From IMG/VR virus record IMGVR_UViG_3300027851_000046, positions 1 through 46,995 of that record: DNA of 46,995 nucleotides. The stretch is one strand, 5' to 3'. Source of the DNA: a virus (taxonomy: Duplodnaviria > Caudoviricetes). The notes beneath the pieces were generated by a model. The model was not told where the DNA came from, did not search any database, and was given only the letters and a program-made list of their open reading frames with translations. Below, piece after piece: positions 24,869-33,943 of the stretch; position 1 is the first letter of the stretch, and the number at the start of each line of letters is the position of its first letter. The position numbers were made by a program, and so were the translations under genes.

Positions 24869-25606
24869 ATGACTAATGCAATCGTAGAGCGCCACGAATC
24901 GGCGCCAGTAGTGGCAAGCAACAGCGGCGCGGATATTCTGCCGGTAATCATGCAACTTGCGTCTAATCCGCAGTGCGACCTGGACAAGATGGATCGTCTG
25001 CTGGCAATGCATGAGCGCATGACCGCGAAGAACGCGCAGACTGAGTTCAACGCTTCGATGGCTGCAATGCAGTGCGATATCCCTAGCATTGCAGAGCGTG
25101 GCGAGGGCCATAACCGCAAAACCTACGCCACGCTTGAGGATATCAACGACGTAATCAAGCCAATCATGCAGCGCTATGGCTTTGCCATGTCGTTTCGTGT
25201 TGAGCACAAGGCCGAAGGGGTTAGCGTCACGGGCGTCCTGATGCACCGCGCTGGGCACCGTGAAGAGACTACGATGCTACTGCCTACCGATACCAGCGGC
25301 GGCAAGAATGCCGTCCAGGCCGTCGCCAGCTCGGTGAGCTACGGCAAGCGATACGTCATGTGCGCAATGCTGAATATCAGCACCAGAGGCGAAGATGACG
25401 ATGGTTATGCAGCCGCGCCAGTGGCCACCATCACGGAAGTGCAGGCAAAGGCCATTCGTGAACTGCTGGCCAAGTGCAAGCCTGAAACTCAAGACGGCTT
25501 TGTCAAGATGTACGGCGAGCCTGAAATGATCCATAAGTCAGACCACGACAAGGTTCGCGCCCAGCTTTCCAAGGCCGTACAGCGCGACCAAGGGGCGGCG
25601 CAATGA
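24869..25606 (+). CDS. erf: ERF-family single-strand annealing protein
   Basis: YATLEDI...LMHRAGH.E...QAVASSVSYGKRY...EDDDG. Confidence 0.88.
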   Translation: MTNAIVERHESAPVVASNSGADILPVIMQLASNPQCDLDKMDRLLAMHERMTAKNAQTEFNASMAAMQCDIPSIAERGEGHNRKTYATLEDINDVIKPIMQRYGFAMSFRVEHKAEGVSVTGVLMHRAGHREETTMLLPTDTSGGKNAVQAVASSVSYGKRYVMCAMLNISTRGEDDDGYAAAPVATITEVQAKAIRELLAKCKPETQDGFVKMYGEPEMIHKSDHDKVRAQLSKAVQRDQGAAQ

Positions 25607-26214
25607 CCATCATCGACAATATCGAACAGGGGTCAGCCGAATGGCTGGCCGCAAGGCTTGGCATCGTAACCATGTCAGAGCTGGATTGCCTGCTAGTGAA
25701 CGGCAAGGGTGAGGCTGGCTTTGGCGTGGCTGCGTTCAGCTACATGAATCAGCTAATCGGTGAGCGGATCACTGGAGAGGCGGCAGAGTTGCCGTTTACC
25801 ACCCGAGCCACAGAAAGGGGGCATGAGCTTGAAGGGAAGGCGCGCGACCTCTATATCGCCCAGGAAGGCGCCGAGCTGAGCCAGTGCGCCATTATCCTGA
25901 ATCATGGGTGCGGTTACTCTCCCGACGCGCTGTCAGGCAATGACGGCCTGCTGGAGATCAAGACCAAGCTCCCGAAGTTTCAGGTTGACGTGATCCTGTC
26001 CGGCGAGATCCCGAAAGAGCACGTGGCCCAGTGTCAGGGAGGACTCTACGTTAGCGAACGCGAGTGGATTGATTTTGTCAGCTACTGGCCTGGCATGCCG
26101 ATGTTCGTCAAGCGCGCCTATCGTGACGAAGAGCTGATTCGCAAGATTGCCGAGCGCATTGCGACGTTCTACGAACTGCTGGAGGCTCGCATGGAAAAGG
26201 TGCTAGCGGCATGA
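25603..26214 (+). CDS. YqaJ/lambda-exonuclease family protein
   Basis: EQGSAEWLAARLG..T.S, RGHELE..AR, SPD, LEIK, QCQGGL. Confidence 0.9.
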   Translation: MTIIDNIEQGSAEWLAARLGIVTMSELDCLLVNGKGEAGFGVAAFSYMNQLIGERITGEAAELPFTTRATERGHELEGKARDLYIAQEGAELSQCAIILNHGCGYSPDALSGNDGLLEIKTKLPKFQVDVILSGEIPKEHVAQCQGGLYVSEREWIDFVSYWPGMPMFVKRAYRDEELIRKIAERIATFYELLEARMEKVLAA

Positions 26215-26534
26215 AGCGCCAGCGACCGACACGAGAGCAGATGCTAACGTGCTCCAGCATTACCGAGGCTATGCGCAAATACCGCATGGGACACGGCGTA
26301 GCTAAGCGACTGATGCAGGTGTACGGGATCGACTACGGTTATCAGAACACGCTGGAGCGGTCGATGGCAAACGAGAAACAACGTCACCGGCTGGCCCTGA
26401 CGATTCGCCGGATGAAGGCGCAGGGAATGTCAGACCGCAAACTAGCAGAACACCTGGGCGTGTCAGTCTGGCAGATCCAGCAGGCGCGCCGGGAATACGA
26501 AATTGGACATACACACGGAGAGAACCATGGATAG
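26211..26534 (+). CDS. HTH DNA-binding protein
   Basis: GMSDRKLAEHLGVSVWQIQQ. Confidence 0.65.
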   Translation: MKRQRPTREQMLTCSSITEAMRKYRMGHGVAKRLMQVYGIDYGYQNTLERSMANEKQRHRLALTIRRMKAQGMSDRKLAEHLGVSVWQIQQARREYEIGHTHGENHG

Positions 26535-26703
26535 CCAGGCACTGATCAAACAGCTACGCGCAGAGCAGCGCGATATCAAACCATCGACCAAATCGCCCCA
26601 TGAGGGCATCCGCAAGGCAGTGCAGGCGCGATTCACTGAGCTTGGTCTAGCCATCGATGCCGAGCTGCTGCGCCATTCGCAGCGCGTAGTTTCTATTGTG
26701 TGA
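26527..26703 (+). CDS. Small hypothetical protein
   Basis: GGAG RBS before MDSQAL. Confidence 0.55.
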   Translation: MDSQALIKQLRAEQRDIKPSTKSPHEGIRKAVQARFTELGLAIDAELLRHSQRVVSIV

Positions 26704-26710
26704 GGTGGGT

Positions 26711-26908
26711 ATGAGCTGGAGACCAATCGAGGAATATCTCAAGTTAAGCCCCACGAAACGGCCAAAACCATGCATGTTCCGATATGCGCCAACAGAACCA
26801 TCTAGGCCTGGCGGCAGTTGTCTTTCGGAGGCATATACGCATGAATATCCGTTCGGGAAGAGGGTGGCAACTCACTATTTCCATGTTGGAAAGGTGCCGC
26901 AATGCTAA
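26711..26908 (+). CDS. Hypothetical protein (MSWRPIE-type)
   Basis: GAGG RBS; W.PIE...TH(Y)F pattern. Confidence 0.55.
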   Translation: MSWRPIEEYLKLSPTKRPKPCMFRYAPTEPSRPGGSCLSEAYTHEYPFGKRVATHYFHVGKVPQC

Positions 26909-27285
26909 TTCCAACAAACGCCATCGCCATCAACGACAGCCAGCGCGAACACCTGGCACGACTAATGGCCGAGTTCGAGCAGCGCAATGGGCCAGTGCAG
27001 ACTGCGCCCATTCGCATCGGTGACGCGCCAGAGTACAAGTTCTGTGTCACGCCACCTGGCAAGCCTAAGCCGGATGTGCAGAATCGTGACAAGGTGCCTA
27101 CGGTGCGCAAGGACGTACTCAGGAAGCGGGAGAAAACGGAGACTATCCGCACGCTGGCAGCGCAAGGCATGGACTCCCGTCAGATCGCAGCTCAGACGGG
27201 AATGCGGCAAAAGTACGTGGCCGACCTGGCGTTTCAGGCAGGCATCAAGCTGCCGATGAACCCGCGCCGGAAGGTGGCAAAGTGA
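26902..27285 (+). CDS. Hypothetical protein with C-terminal HTH
   Basis: GMDSRQIAAQTGMRQKYVADL. Confidence 0.65.
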   Translation: MLIPTNAIAINDSQREHLARLMAEFEQRNGPVQTAPIRIGDAPEYKFCVTPPGKPKPDVQNRDKVPTVRKDVLRKREKTETIRTLAAQGMDSRQIAAQTGMRQKYVADLAFQAGIKLPMNPRRKVAK

Positions 27286-27554
27286 GCTGTGTAGTAACCC
27301 TCCACGCAGTGGGCGGCAAGCGCGCCATCCCTCTGGTCAAGGGCACGCAACCACGGCGCCCGGTATCGTGGGATGTTCGGGCATGGTTCGTCCTGCCATC
27401 AGGCGAGAAAATCACGCATTCCGCTAAGGTGCCAGGCCAGACAGCGGTTAGCCTGGTTCCGTTCGTAGGCGCGCTAATCGACAGCCTGGTGGCGGATCAC
27501 GGGAACGAGGTTAGGTCATGCGGATGGCAGGCAATGACGCACGGGAGGAAATAG
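27282..27554 (+). CDS. Hypothetical protein
   Basis: GTGA-coupled 90-aa ORF. Confidence 0.6.
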   Translation: MSCVVTLHAVGGKRAIPLVKGTQPRRPVSWDVRAWFVLPSGEKITHSAKVPGQTAVSLVPFVGALIDSLVADHGNEVRSCGWQAMTHGRK

Positions 27555-27555
27555 G

Positions 27556-27762
27556 ATGGCAATGACAGCGGCAGAGCGTAAGGCCAAGCAGCGCGCAGAG
27601 GAAAACGCAGCGCTAGCCAAGCTGGGAGGCGGGCGTATCAATTTCCTCGTCTACGGCGAGACTATGCGCAAGCTGGAGGCGATTGCTAAGCAGCAGGGCT
27701 TTACCGGCCAGCAGTGGAAAGGAGAGGCCCTTACCTTTTTGATCGAAAACTATAAAATGTGA
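27556..27762 (+). CDS. Small basic DNA-binding protein (ribbon-helix-helix-like)
   Basis: MTAAERKAKQRA, then a strand-helix-helix pattern; GGAGG RBS. Confidence 0.6.
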   Translation: MAMTAAERKAKQRAEENAALAKLGGGRINFLVYGETMRKLEAIAKQQGFTGQQWKGEALTFLIENYKM

Positions 27763-27792
27763 CTTGTCACGCTGTTGGTTGGTTGCTATATT
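27759..27792 (+). promoter_or_regulatory. Internal sigma70 promoter with a palindrome over the -35
   Basis: TTGTCA-N17-TATATT with TG extension; GTGAC-TT-GTCAC. Confidence 0.65.
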
Positions 27793-27831
27793 GAACCCAT
27801 CGAAACGAACAACGCCCTGGAGGGTAATGCG

Positions 27832-28047
27832 ATGAAACTGATGACAAACCGTAACGGTAACCTGGGTGAGCAAATGATCGGCACCCGTGAAGAGTTCAAA
27901 GCAGCCCTGACCGAGTGTTTCGCCGAGTGGCACCGCGACGCGGATACTGATCTTTCGCTTGAAGATTACATTGAAAAAAACCTGGACGAAAACCTAGACA
28001 CGCCGACCGAAGAGGAACTGGAAAGCGTCGAGCGCCTAAACGCCTAA
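27832..28047 (+). CDS. Highly acidic 71-aa protein, candidate DNA mimic
   Basis: GGAGG RBS; 19 D/E versus 7 K/R; has its own promoter. Confidence 0.75.
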   Translation: MKLMTNRNGNLGEQMIGTREEFKAALTECFAEWHRDADTDLSLEDYIEKNLDENLDTPTEEELESVERLNA

Positions 28048-28089
28048 CCAACCCGCCCGGTTCGCCGGGCATCACCACTGGAGGCAATC

Positions 28090-28251
28090 ATGAGGCAGCG
28101 AGCAATACCAATCGAGAAGGTCGCCCTCGCGTATGAATTGCGCACCGAGGGTATTAGCTGGAAACGCATAGGCATAGTGCTAGGGCATCACCCGATACAT
28201 TTGCGGGATGCACTGGCCTATGTCATCAAGAACGGATTTAGGAGAGCGTGA
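28090..28251 (+). CDS. Small HTH-like protein (53 aa, not in the ORF track)
   Basis: GGAGG RBS; ALAYELRTEGISWKRIGIVLGHHPIHLRDAL. Confidence 0.65.
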   Translation: MRQRAIPIEKVALAYELRTEGISWKRIGIVLGHHPIHLRDALAYVIKNGFRRA

Positions 28252-28252
28252 A

Positions 28253-29203
28253 ATGAGCGAGCAGAAAGATTTGGAGAGGGCGGATTTTGAGAAATGGGCG
28301 GCAAGCGTTGGCTATCACACCGAGCGTGATAGGTTCCAGCGCGAACATTACCAATCAACGCTAACTTGGGAATTGTGGCGAGTTTGGCAAGCCCGCGCCA
28401 GCCTGCCGGTTGGTGTGCCGAATGGCTACATGCCAATCCCGACAGCCGAGCAACTGGCCGATGCGCTAGATGGAGTCAGCTGCTACCACGATCTGAGCGC
28501 TGAACTGATCGCGCCTCGACTGCTGGCTAATCTGCTGGCCTCCACAACCGTCAAGGCTGAGCAGGTGCAGTGCAAGACCTGCAACGACACAGCCATGATT
28601 GGCGACCTGCCGATTGAGTGCCCTGACTGCTGCCACGACGAAGTCCACTCCCTGCCGGCTGCTGGATCTGCCGACCTTACCGCCGTGCGCTGCCAGTGCT
28701 GCGCGACCGAGTATCCGCATGACAGCTACGACGCGGGATTCATCGCTGGTAGCGGCATGTGTCAGGTATGCGACGCAGCTATGCCGCCGAAGGACCTGCC
28801 AGCCGCCGAGCAATCCGCGCCGGGTGAGGTGGAGGAAGTTGAGGTGCGTGGATTGCAATGGCTGGACACTGGTCATTATCGAAAGAAGCCGCCACAGTTT
28901 GGCTATAACCCACATGACTGGAACCCGCTCATGACCGTCGCCCAGCACAAGCGGCTGATGGCGGCAGAAATACAGAAGCGATTCGACGGAAACGAGCAGT
29001 CCAGTCGGGAGCACCGCGAAGAACTGGCCCAGCTCGCCGCCCGCGATGACGGGGAGGTGCGGGTGCCGGTGGAGTTGGCTGAGCGCATTGCTACCCATCT
29101 CGAATGGGACGGAGAGGAATCGCTAACAGTAGTTCAGTACGCGAATAAGTGCGATGCACTGGCTGCCGAACTCCGCGCCCTTCTCAATGGGGGTGAGGCA
29201 TGA
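28253..29203 (+). CDS. Mosaic hypothetical protein with two zinc-finger segments
   Basis: CKTC...CPDC and CQCC...CQVC; start moved to MSEQKD. Confidence 0.7.
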   Translation: MSEQKDLERADFEKWAASVGYHTERDRFQREHYQSTLTWELWRVWQARASLPVGVPNGYMPIPTAEQLADALDGVSCYHDLSAELIAPRLLANLLASTTVKAEQVQCKTCNDTAMIGDLPIECPDCCHDEVHSLPAAGSADLTAVRCQCCATEYPHDSYDAGFIAGSGMCQVCDAAMPPKDLPAAEQSAPGEVEEVEVRGLQWLDTGHYRKKPPQFGYNPHDWNPLMTVAQHKRLMAAEIQKRFDGNEQSSREHREELAQLAARDDGEVRVPVELAERIATHLEWDGEESLTVVQYANKCDALAAELRALLNGGEA

Positions 29204-29523
29204 GCGGGACCATCACAATGACCGGCGAGGAATACGACGCCCTGCAGGCAGAGGCCGAGGCGCTGCGGGCTGATAGTCAGCACTGGAAGAAAATGCACGC
29301 CGGCTCAATGGCTATGCGAATGTCTGCTGAGTTTGATCGCGATGAACTGCGCACCGAGCTGGATGAGGCTCGGGGATTGCTGCGTGAGGCACGAGAAGCG
29401 TATGCCGAGGCGACCCACTGGGAAGATCAGCACCCGGTAATGAAGAAAATAGACGCCTTCCTCACCGCCACCACATCGCCGGAAGTGCCAGACCATTTTG
29501 CCGAAGCCAGCAAAATGGTTTAG
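29200..29523 (+). CDS. Coiled-coil hypothetical protein
   Basis: ATGA-coupled, 107 aa. Confidence 0.65.
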   Translation: MSGTITMTGEEYDALQAEAEALRADSQHWKKMHAGSMAMRMSAEFDRDELRTELDEARGLLREAREAYAEATHWEDQHPVMKKIDAFLTATTSPEVPDHFAEASKMV

Positions 29524-29610
29524 CAGGGAGAGCGACAAGAATGACCATCATAATTGCATGGGTGTGCCTATCGCCGCTATTTGCTGCGGTAGCGTGCCGG
29601 ATAATCAGGA

Positions 29611-29883
29611 GTGACTATGCGTAACTTGGATTGGAACGAAGGGGCGCCGGGTGAACTGGTGCCGGGGATGGCACTACACATTGTGGGCGGCGGCATGGAT
29701 CGAATCATGATCATTGGTCACACTGACGCAGCAGGGCAATCATCGCTTAATGATCCTGATGCAAGGGGCGTGGTGTCTGAAGACTATCGGGAGTACGTCA
29801 AGCGTTGGGCATACATCATCCAGCCTTATCAACTGGAATGGCTTGAATCAATGAATAAGCAGCATGGGAAGGGGAATAAATGA
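29611..29883 (+). CDS. Hypothetical protein
   Basis: AGGAG RBS, about 90 aa. Confidence 0.6.
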   Translation: MTMRNLDWNEGAPGELVPGMALHIVGGGMDRIMIIGHTDAAGQSSLNDPDARGVVSEDYREYVKRWAYIIQPYQLEWLESMNKQHGKGNK

Positions 29884-30383
29884 GCAGGCCAGAGCGATAC
29901 ACCGAGAACAATTCCAGCCGGGACTGGATCGACGAATTTTGCGCGACAAGCTCAGTCGAGGAAGTGCGCGGGGCTTTCCGGTTTACTATCGGGAAATACC
30001 TGAGACGGTATGGCAAGAAAGATGACCCATTGCAGGAAGCAATCAAGATTCAGGACTACGCCAATCGACTGGTGGCGTTTGAGCGAGAACAGAGGTCGTC
30101 CGACCATCTGGAGAATCGCCGCCACCCAATGACGCCGAACGTGATAGAGCCAGCTTATTCTTATGGATGCCTGGTTTGCGGAAAGCATGGCGGGCATGGC
30201 GGCCTTCAATGCCCCAAGGTGGGCACAGTAACAGCGGTAAGCGCCATTGAGCCGGCATCTCAGATTGATGACGATAGCCCGAGAATGCAGGCGATTGCGC
30301 AGAACGGCAATGATGGGCTGGCTTATTCCGAGCTTGACCGACTACGGGATGCGGCTGATTTCAATGATGACCTGCCCGCTTAA
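29880..30383 (+). CDS. DUF3310/SaV-like protein
   Basis: GA..F.IGKYLRRYGKKD...E..K...Y motif; last gene of the plus arm, converging on Rz. Confidence 0.7.
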   Translation: MSRPERYTENNSSRDWIDEFCATSSVEEVRGAFRFTIGKYLRRYGKKDDPLQEAIKIQDYANRLVAFEREQRSSDHLENRRHPMTPNVIEPAYSYGCLVCGKHGGHGGLQCPKVGTVTAVSAIEPASQIDDDSPRMQAIAQNGNDGLAYSELDRLRDAADFNDDLPA

Positions 30384-30874
30384 TTGCGGGCCTTCTCCAT
30401 AACCTTGTTCGCGTATGCGTGGCACTTCAGCAGTAGACTGTATTGCTCCGCATATGCGCGCTTGTAGTCCAGATAATCTTTTCCAGCTTGGGCGCTAAGT
30501 CTTGCGGCGGTGTCAGCAGTTCCGCTGGCGGCAGTAGATCCATCGGCTGACACTGCGGGGCAACTGGCCTTGACGTACACGACGCGACGGCCAGCGGCAA
30601 TATCAGCGCGCTCAGCTTCAAGATCGGCCACCTTTTGGGCGTGGGCATCGTTCAATTCTCCTATCTGGCCGGTCAGCTCAAGCTGGCGATCATGGGCAGC
30701 CTTCGCTGTTGCGGCAACGCTATCGGCTATGGCCTGCATTTGCTCAGCATGGGAGGCGCGTAGCTGGTCGATTTGGCTGTTCAGGCGGTATCCGTTCACG
30801 CTCCAGGCCAGAAAGCCGCACAGAGCGCCTACGGCTGCGTATGGCGCAACCTTTAGCGCCCATGCAGGAATCAC
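30380..30874 (-). CDS. Rz: Inner-membrane spanin (Rz)
   Basis: N-terminal transmembrane segment, coiled coil, GRRVVYVKASCP. Confidence 0.85.
   Translation of the reverse strand: MIPAWALKVAPYAAVGALCGFLAWSVNGYRLNSQIDQLRASHAEQMQAIADSVAATAKAAHDRQLELTGQIGELNDAHAQKVADLEAERADIAAGRRVVYVKASCPAVSADGSTAASGTADTAARLSAQAGKDYLDYKRAYAEQYSLLLKCHAYANKVMEKARN
30427..30648 (-). CDS. Rz1: Outer-membrane lipoprotein spanin embedded in Rz
   Basis: Signal peptide with lipobox AVAS-C; Pro-rich mature part; alternate frame inside Rz. Confidence 0.8.
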   Translation of the reverse strand: MPTPKRWPILKLSALILPLAVASCTSRPVAPQCQPMDLLPPAELLTPPQDLAPKLEKIIWTTSAHMRSNTVYC

Positions 30875-31107
30875 TGCTCTTGATCCTTTGTCAGAGATTC
30901 CTGCTTGATCACCCGAGACACAGCAGCCAGCAGGGCGCAGATAGTCGATAGCGCGGCGAACGTGCTCTCAGGCACTACGCCACGCCATAGCGGCAATGCA
31001 AGCTCAGCAGCGCCAAGGATAGCGGCCAGGATGGCGAACCGAAGCGACCAAAGCCGATGGCAGGCCGGCACGTTGTCGATCAGCTTCAGCCGCTTTGCGC
31101 GCTTCAT
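30871..31107 (-). CDS. Two-TM holin/antiholin-like membrane protein
   Basis: KLIDN...LWSLRF..., two hydrophobic helices, RVIKQ; ATGA overlap with the endolysin. Confidence 0.65.
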   Translation of the reverse strand: MKRAKRLKLIDNVPACHRLWSLRFAILAAILGAAELALPLWRGVVPESTFAALSTICALLAAVSRVIKQESLTKDQEQ

Positions 31108-31529
31108 TGCCACTGCCCTGTCGCCATCTGATTGCTGAGTCGCCTTGCCCTGGCCGGCGTCTGAGTTGCCCACTTGCTTTGCAGCATGGCCTTTGCAGCT
31201 TCCTGATATCGTCCGGCCTCGATCATGGCCAGTGTGTTTTTGAAACCAAGCAATCCGGCAACGCCCATCTGAAACGCCATGTTGATCAAGACGCCCTTGC
31301 GGGCCGGATCAAGTTTTGAGATCCACGGCAGGCGGTCGGACAATTCAGCATCAAGCAGCTTGAGGCGGTTGCGAAAAATGAACTCCGACTCTTCCGGTCG
31401 CAGCCCGCCGCCCTTGCGCTTGTCGATCAGGATGCCGATTCCGATAGTCCAGTATCCCAAATGATCTTGATAGGCGTGCAGCACCTCGCCTTCGTCGCGC
31501 TTGAGCTGGGCGTAGCTGTCGGTGATCAT
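31104..31529 (-). CDS. Endolysin (T4-lysozyme-like muramidase)
   Basis: DEG...AYQDHLGYWTIGIG (E-D-T triad); SKWATQTPARA. Confidence 0.92.
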   Translation of the reverse strand: MITDSYAQLKRDEGEVLHAYQDHLGYWTIGIGILIDKRKGGGLRPEESEFIFRNRLKLLDAELSDRLPWISKLDPARKGVLINMAFQMGVAGLLGFKNTLAMIEAGRYQEAAKAMLQSKWATQTPARARRLSNQMATGQWQ

Positions 31530-31732
31530 CGCTTAACCTCGCATGTGAAGCCGGTGCGCTTGACGGCAAACGTTCCAGAAGCACGGCAGTCATTGGCAAT
31601 TTTCTGCCGCTCGTTTCCGGCTCCGATATCAGAACCAATCATGATCAGGATGGCTGCAAGGGCAGCGGCAAGCATAATGGCCAACCATGGAGCGGCAGCA
31701 GACAGCAAGATTTCGCGTTTTGATTCGGTCAT
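31526..31732 (-). CDS. Small single-TM protein in the lysis cassette
   Basis: 68 aa, one hydrophobic helix, two Cys, coupled overlaps. Confidence 0.65.
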   Translation of the reverse strand: MTESKREILLSAAAPWLAIMLAAALAAILIMIGSDIGAGNERQKIANDCRASGTFAVKRTGFTCEVKR

Positions 31733-32040
31733 TTCTCTACCTTACCGTTTGCCCACTTCTGAGCGATCACTCGCACCTGATTGACGCCGAGAACTCCGGT
31801 AAACCCAGCGCACGCATAGGCCCAGCCGCTCGACATTCCAAAGTGCTCAGCGCTAAGACCCACCACTACTGTGATGCAGGCGCCAAGTAACGCCTCAATA
31901 AACTGGCGCATTGGCTTAGACTCCCGATCATCATAGATGATACGCAAATAGCCCAGCACAAACGCCAGCAGGCCTGCTAGGCCATGAGTGTTTATCGCTT
32001 CCATCAGAGCCTGGAAAACTCCCGTATATTTTTCAGGCAT
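31729..32040 (-). CDS. Holin (lambda S-like)
   Basis: Three hydrophobic segments, YLRIIYD, basic C-terminus; start moved to MPEK. Confidence 0.8.
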   Translation of the reverse strand: MPEKYTGVFQALMEAINTHGLAGLLAFVLGYLRIIYDDRESKPMRQFIEALLGACITVVVGLSAEHFGMSSGWAYACAGFTGVLGVNQVRVIAQKWANGKVEK

Positions 32041-32089
32041 AGCAGCCTCTTTCGTCCTGATCTTCAATTTCGTCTGCCATGCCTCGCCC

Positions 32090-32647
32090 TTAGTCGCCGT
32101 ATCCGTCGAACGGGTTGAAAGTGTTTACCAGTTGCGCGAATCCGTACCGCTGGAACTTGTCTGTCATGATCTTCCAGCCCAGTCTAGCACGCAGGCAGCG
32201 GCCAAAGCCCCAAGGGAGGACACAGTAGAACTCAAACGCCACTGTGCGGCCTGCAAGGTCTACGGCTTCTGCGTAATACCATCCGGGCCGCTTGTACTTG
32301 TCGCTGATCGACTCGTCGCCTACATGCGTCACCGCAAGCGATGGCGAATAATCGACAGCGGCCTTGCGCGCATACCCATACAGCGGGTTGCGGATCATCC
32401 ACATGCAGCGATTCAGGTATCCGCGCCAGCCGGTCGTATAGCCGGGGAATGGCGCCCGCTGTCGAACGTAGCCTTGATCGCCCTGCGGCGGGTTGTCGTA
32501 GGTGCCCCATAGCCAGCCCCATGAGTATGGGGCTAGGCCGTAAGGTTGCTCACGGTATATTGCCGCGATGATTGGAGCCGCTACTGGGACGGTCAGAAGC
32601 AGCGCCCAGTCCAGCAGGGATAGGGCGAGCCAGCGTAGGTAGATCAT
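32090..32647 (-). CDS. Trp-rich membrane-associated protein after the tail fibre genes
   Basis: N-terminal hydrophobic segment; WGTYDN...GD and WMIRNPLYG. Confidence 0.7.
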   Translation of the reverse strand: MIYLRWLALSLLDWALLLTVPVAAPIIAAIYREQPYGLAPYSWGWLWGTYDNPPQGDQGYVRQRAPFPGYTTGWRGYLNRCMWMIRNPLYGYARKAAVDYSPSLAVTHVGDESISDKYKRPGWYYAEAVDLAGRTVAFEFYCVLPWGFGRCLRARLGWKIMTDKFQRYGFAQLVNTFNPFDGYGD

Positions 32648-33015
32648 GGCCACGGAAACTCGGCCTGAATCTCAGCATATCGCTGGGCACCTGCCGCGTT
32701 TGCCGCGTCGATCTCCTCTTGCGGTGCTCCAGTTGCTTGCAGTCGCACGGCCTCCGCGAAGTGTCGATCACTTCCGGTTAATGGGTCGGCGTAGGCGCGT
32801 AGGCGCGCGGCCTCTACTTGATAGCGGGTCGGCGGGGCTGGCGGCGGAGGGTCGATCAGGATCGGCATTCCCATGTCGCTCCTACAAATAACTTTGCCTG
32901 ATGCCACTCCCGCAAGGAGTTCGGCATGCTCGGCTAGTTCTATCTGTTTAGCTCCCGCCATGGGGTTTAGAGTAAATAGCCAGCGCCCATCGGCCTCAAT
33001 AAATTTTGCGTACAT
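32644..33015 (-). CDS. Tail fibre assembly chaperone
   Basis: G.PILIDPPPP...RLRAYADP..GSD...EIQAEFPWP; follows the fibre gene. Confidence 0.75.
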   Translation of the reverse strand: MYAKFIEADGRWLFTLNPMAGAKQIELAEHAELLAGVASGKVICRSDMGMPILIDPPPPAPPTRYQVEAARLRAYADPLTGSDRHFAEAVRLQATGAPQEEIDAANAAGAQRYAEIQAEFPWP

Positions 33016-33019
33016 AAGA

Positions 33020-33943
33020 TTAGACTCCGAAGCCAACGGCGATATATGACGACGAAACACCACCAGAAACGCTAACAAAGCCGGACGCCGTAATACTGGA
33101 GGTACCGGTTGCATATACGATGCTCGGCACGGTGGCGTTATAAGAATTCATGTTTCCAAGCCTTGGGGGTGCAGAGAATCCTAAGGCAAAAGTCACCGAC
33201 TGCCCGCTATCTCCTGTCGTACCGCCCCAGGCGATCTGAAACTTTCCAAGCCAATCGGGAAAGCGTATTGCGCCTACGCTAGCATCGCCCACCAGGATAA
33301 AGCCGAGGCGCAACTTCTTCGGCGACACCGCCACATCATCCAGCGCGCCGGCGTCCACCTCAGCCTGCGTTCCCACCCGCAGCACGCCGCGCAGCGTCTC
33401 TGTAGCATTTGCAGCCAGCGAACGGATAGCCTGGAAAACGCGCAGGGACGTGGAGTAGTTTGTGTTATCAGTTCCTGCCTCAGCTTGTGCTTGGGTCGCC
33501 TTGCTCGCCTTGTCCAGCTTCTCATTCAGCAGCGCATCCAGCCCACTAAACGCAATCCGCGCCCACTGGGTAGGCGTGCCGGTGTTGAAGTCCTGCACGT
33601 TGTTGTTTTGCAGCGACACCCACAGCGACAGGCCGTCATTCGCGGACAAGACTGCTCCAAGCGGATAACCGCCAGCGGCAACAATGTCAGCCTCGAACTT
33701 ATACATGCCGCCCTTATTCTGGTGGACAACATGTTCGGTAATGTCGCGCAGGATGCCGTTGAAATCCTGGCCCTCGGGAGGGATGCCGCCTGCAACAAGC
33801 GGGATAGTCGTGATATACGGGAACCCCTGTTTAAACGAAGCAAGCTGCGGCTCAAGCACGCTCGGATCATCAGGGATATCATTAATCATATCCGGCACGG
33901 CATCCCGTGCAAACGGAATGGTTAGAACTTTATAGTCCGGCAT
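33020..33943 (-). CDS. Tail fibre protein
   Basis: GGIPPEGQDFNGIL N-terminal anchor; TQA..AG..D repeats; FPDWLG.FQIAWG C-domain. Confidence 0.85.
   Translation of the reverse strand: MPDYKVLTIPFARDAVPDMINDIPDDPSVLEPQLASFKQGFPYITTIPLVAGGIPPEGQDFNGILRDITEHVVHQNKGGMYKFEADIVAAGGYPLGAVLSANDGLSLWVSLQNNNVQDFNTGTPTQWARIAFSGLDALLNEKLDKASKATQAQAEAGTDNTNYSTSLRVFQAIRSLAANATETLRGVLRVGTQAEVDAGALDDVAVSPKKLRLGFILVGDASVGAIRFPDWLGKFQIAWGGTTGDSGQSVTFALGFSAPPRLGNMNSYNATVPSIVYATGTSSITASGFVSVSGGVSSSYIAVGFGV

Noticed and set aside
33020-33943. Tail fibre diversification system (DGR or invertible segment)
   Set aside because: No reverse transcriptase, invertase or template/variable repeat pair seen anywhere in the window.
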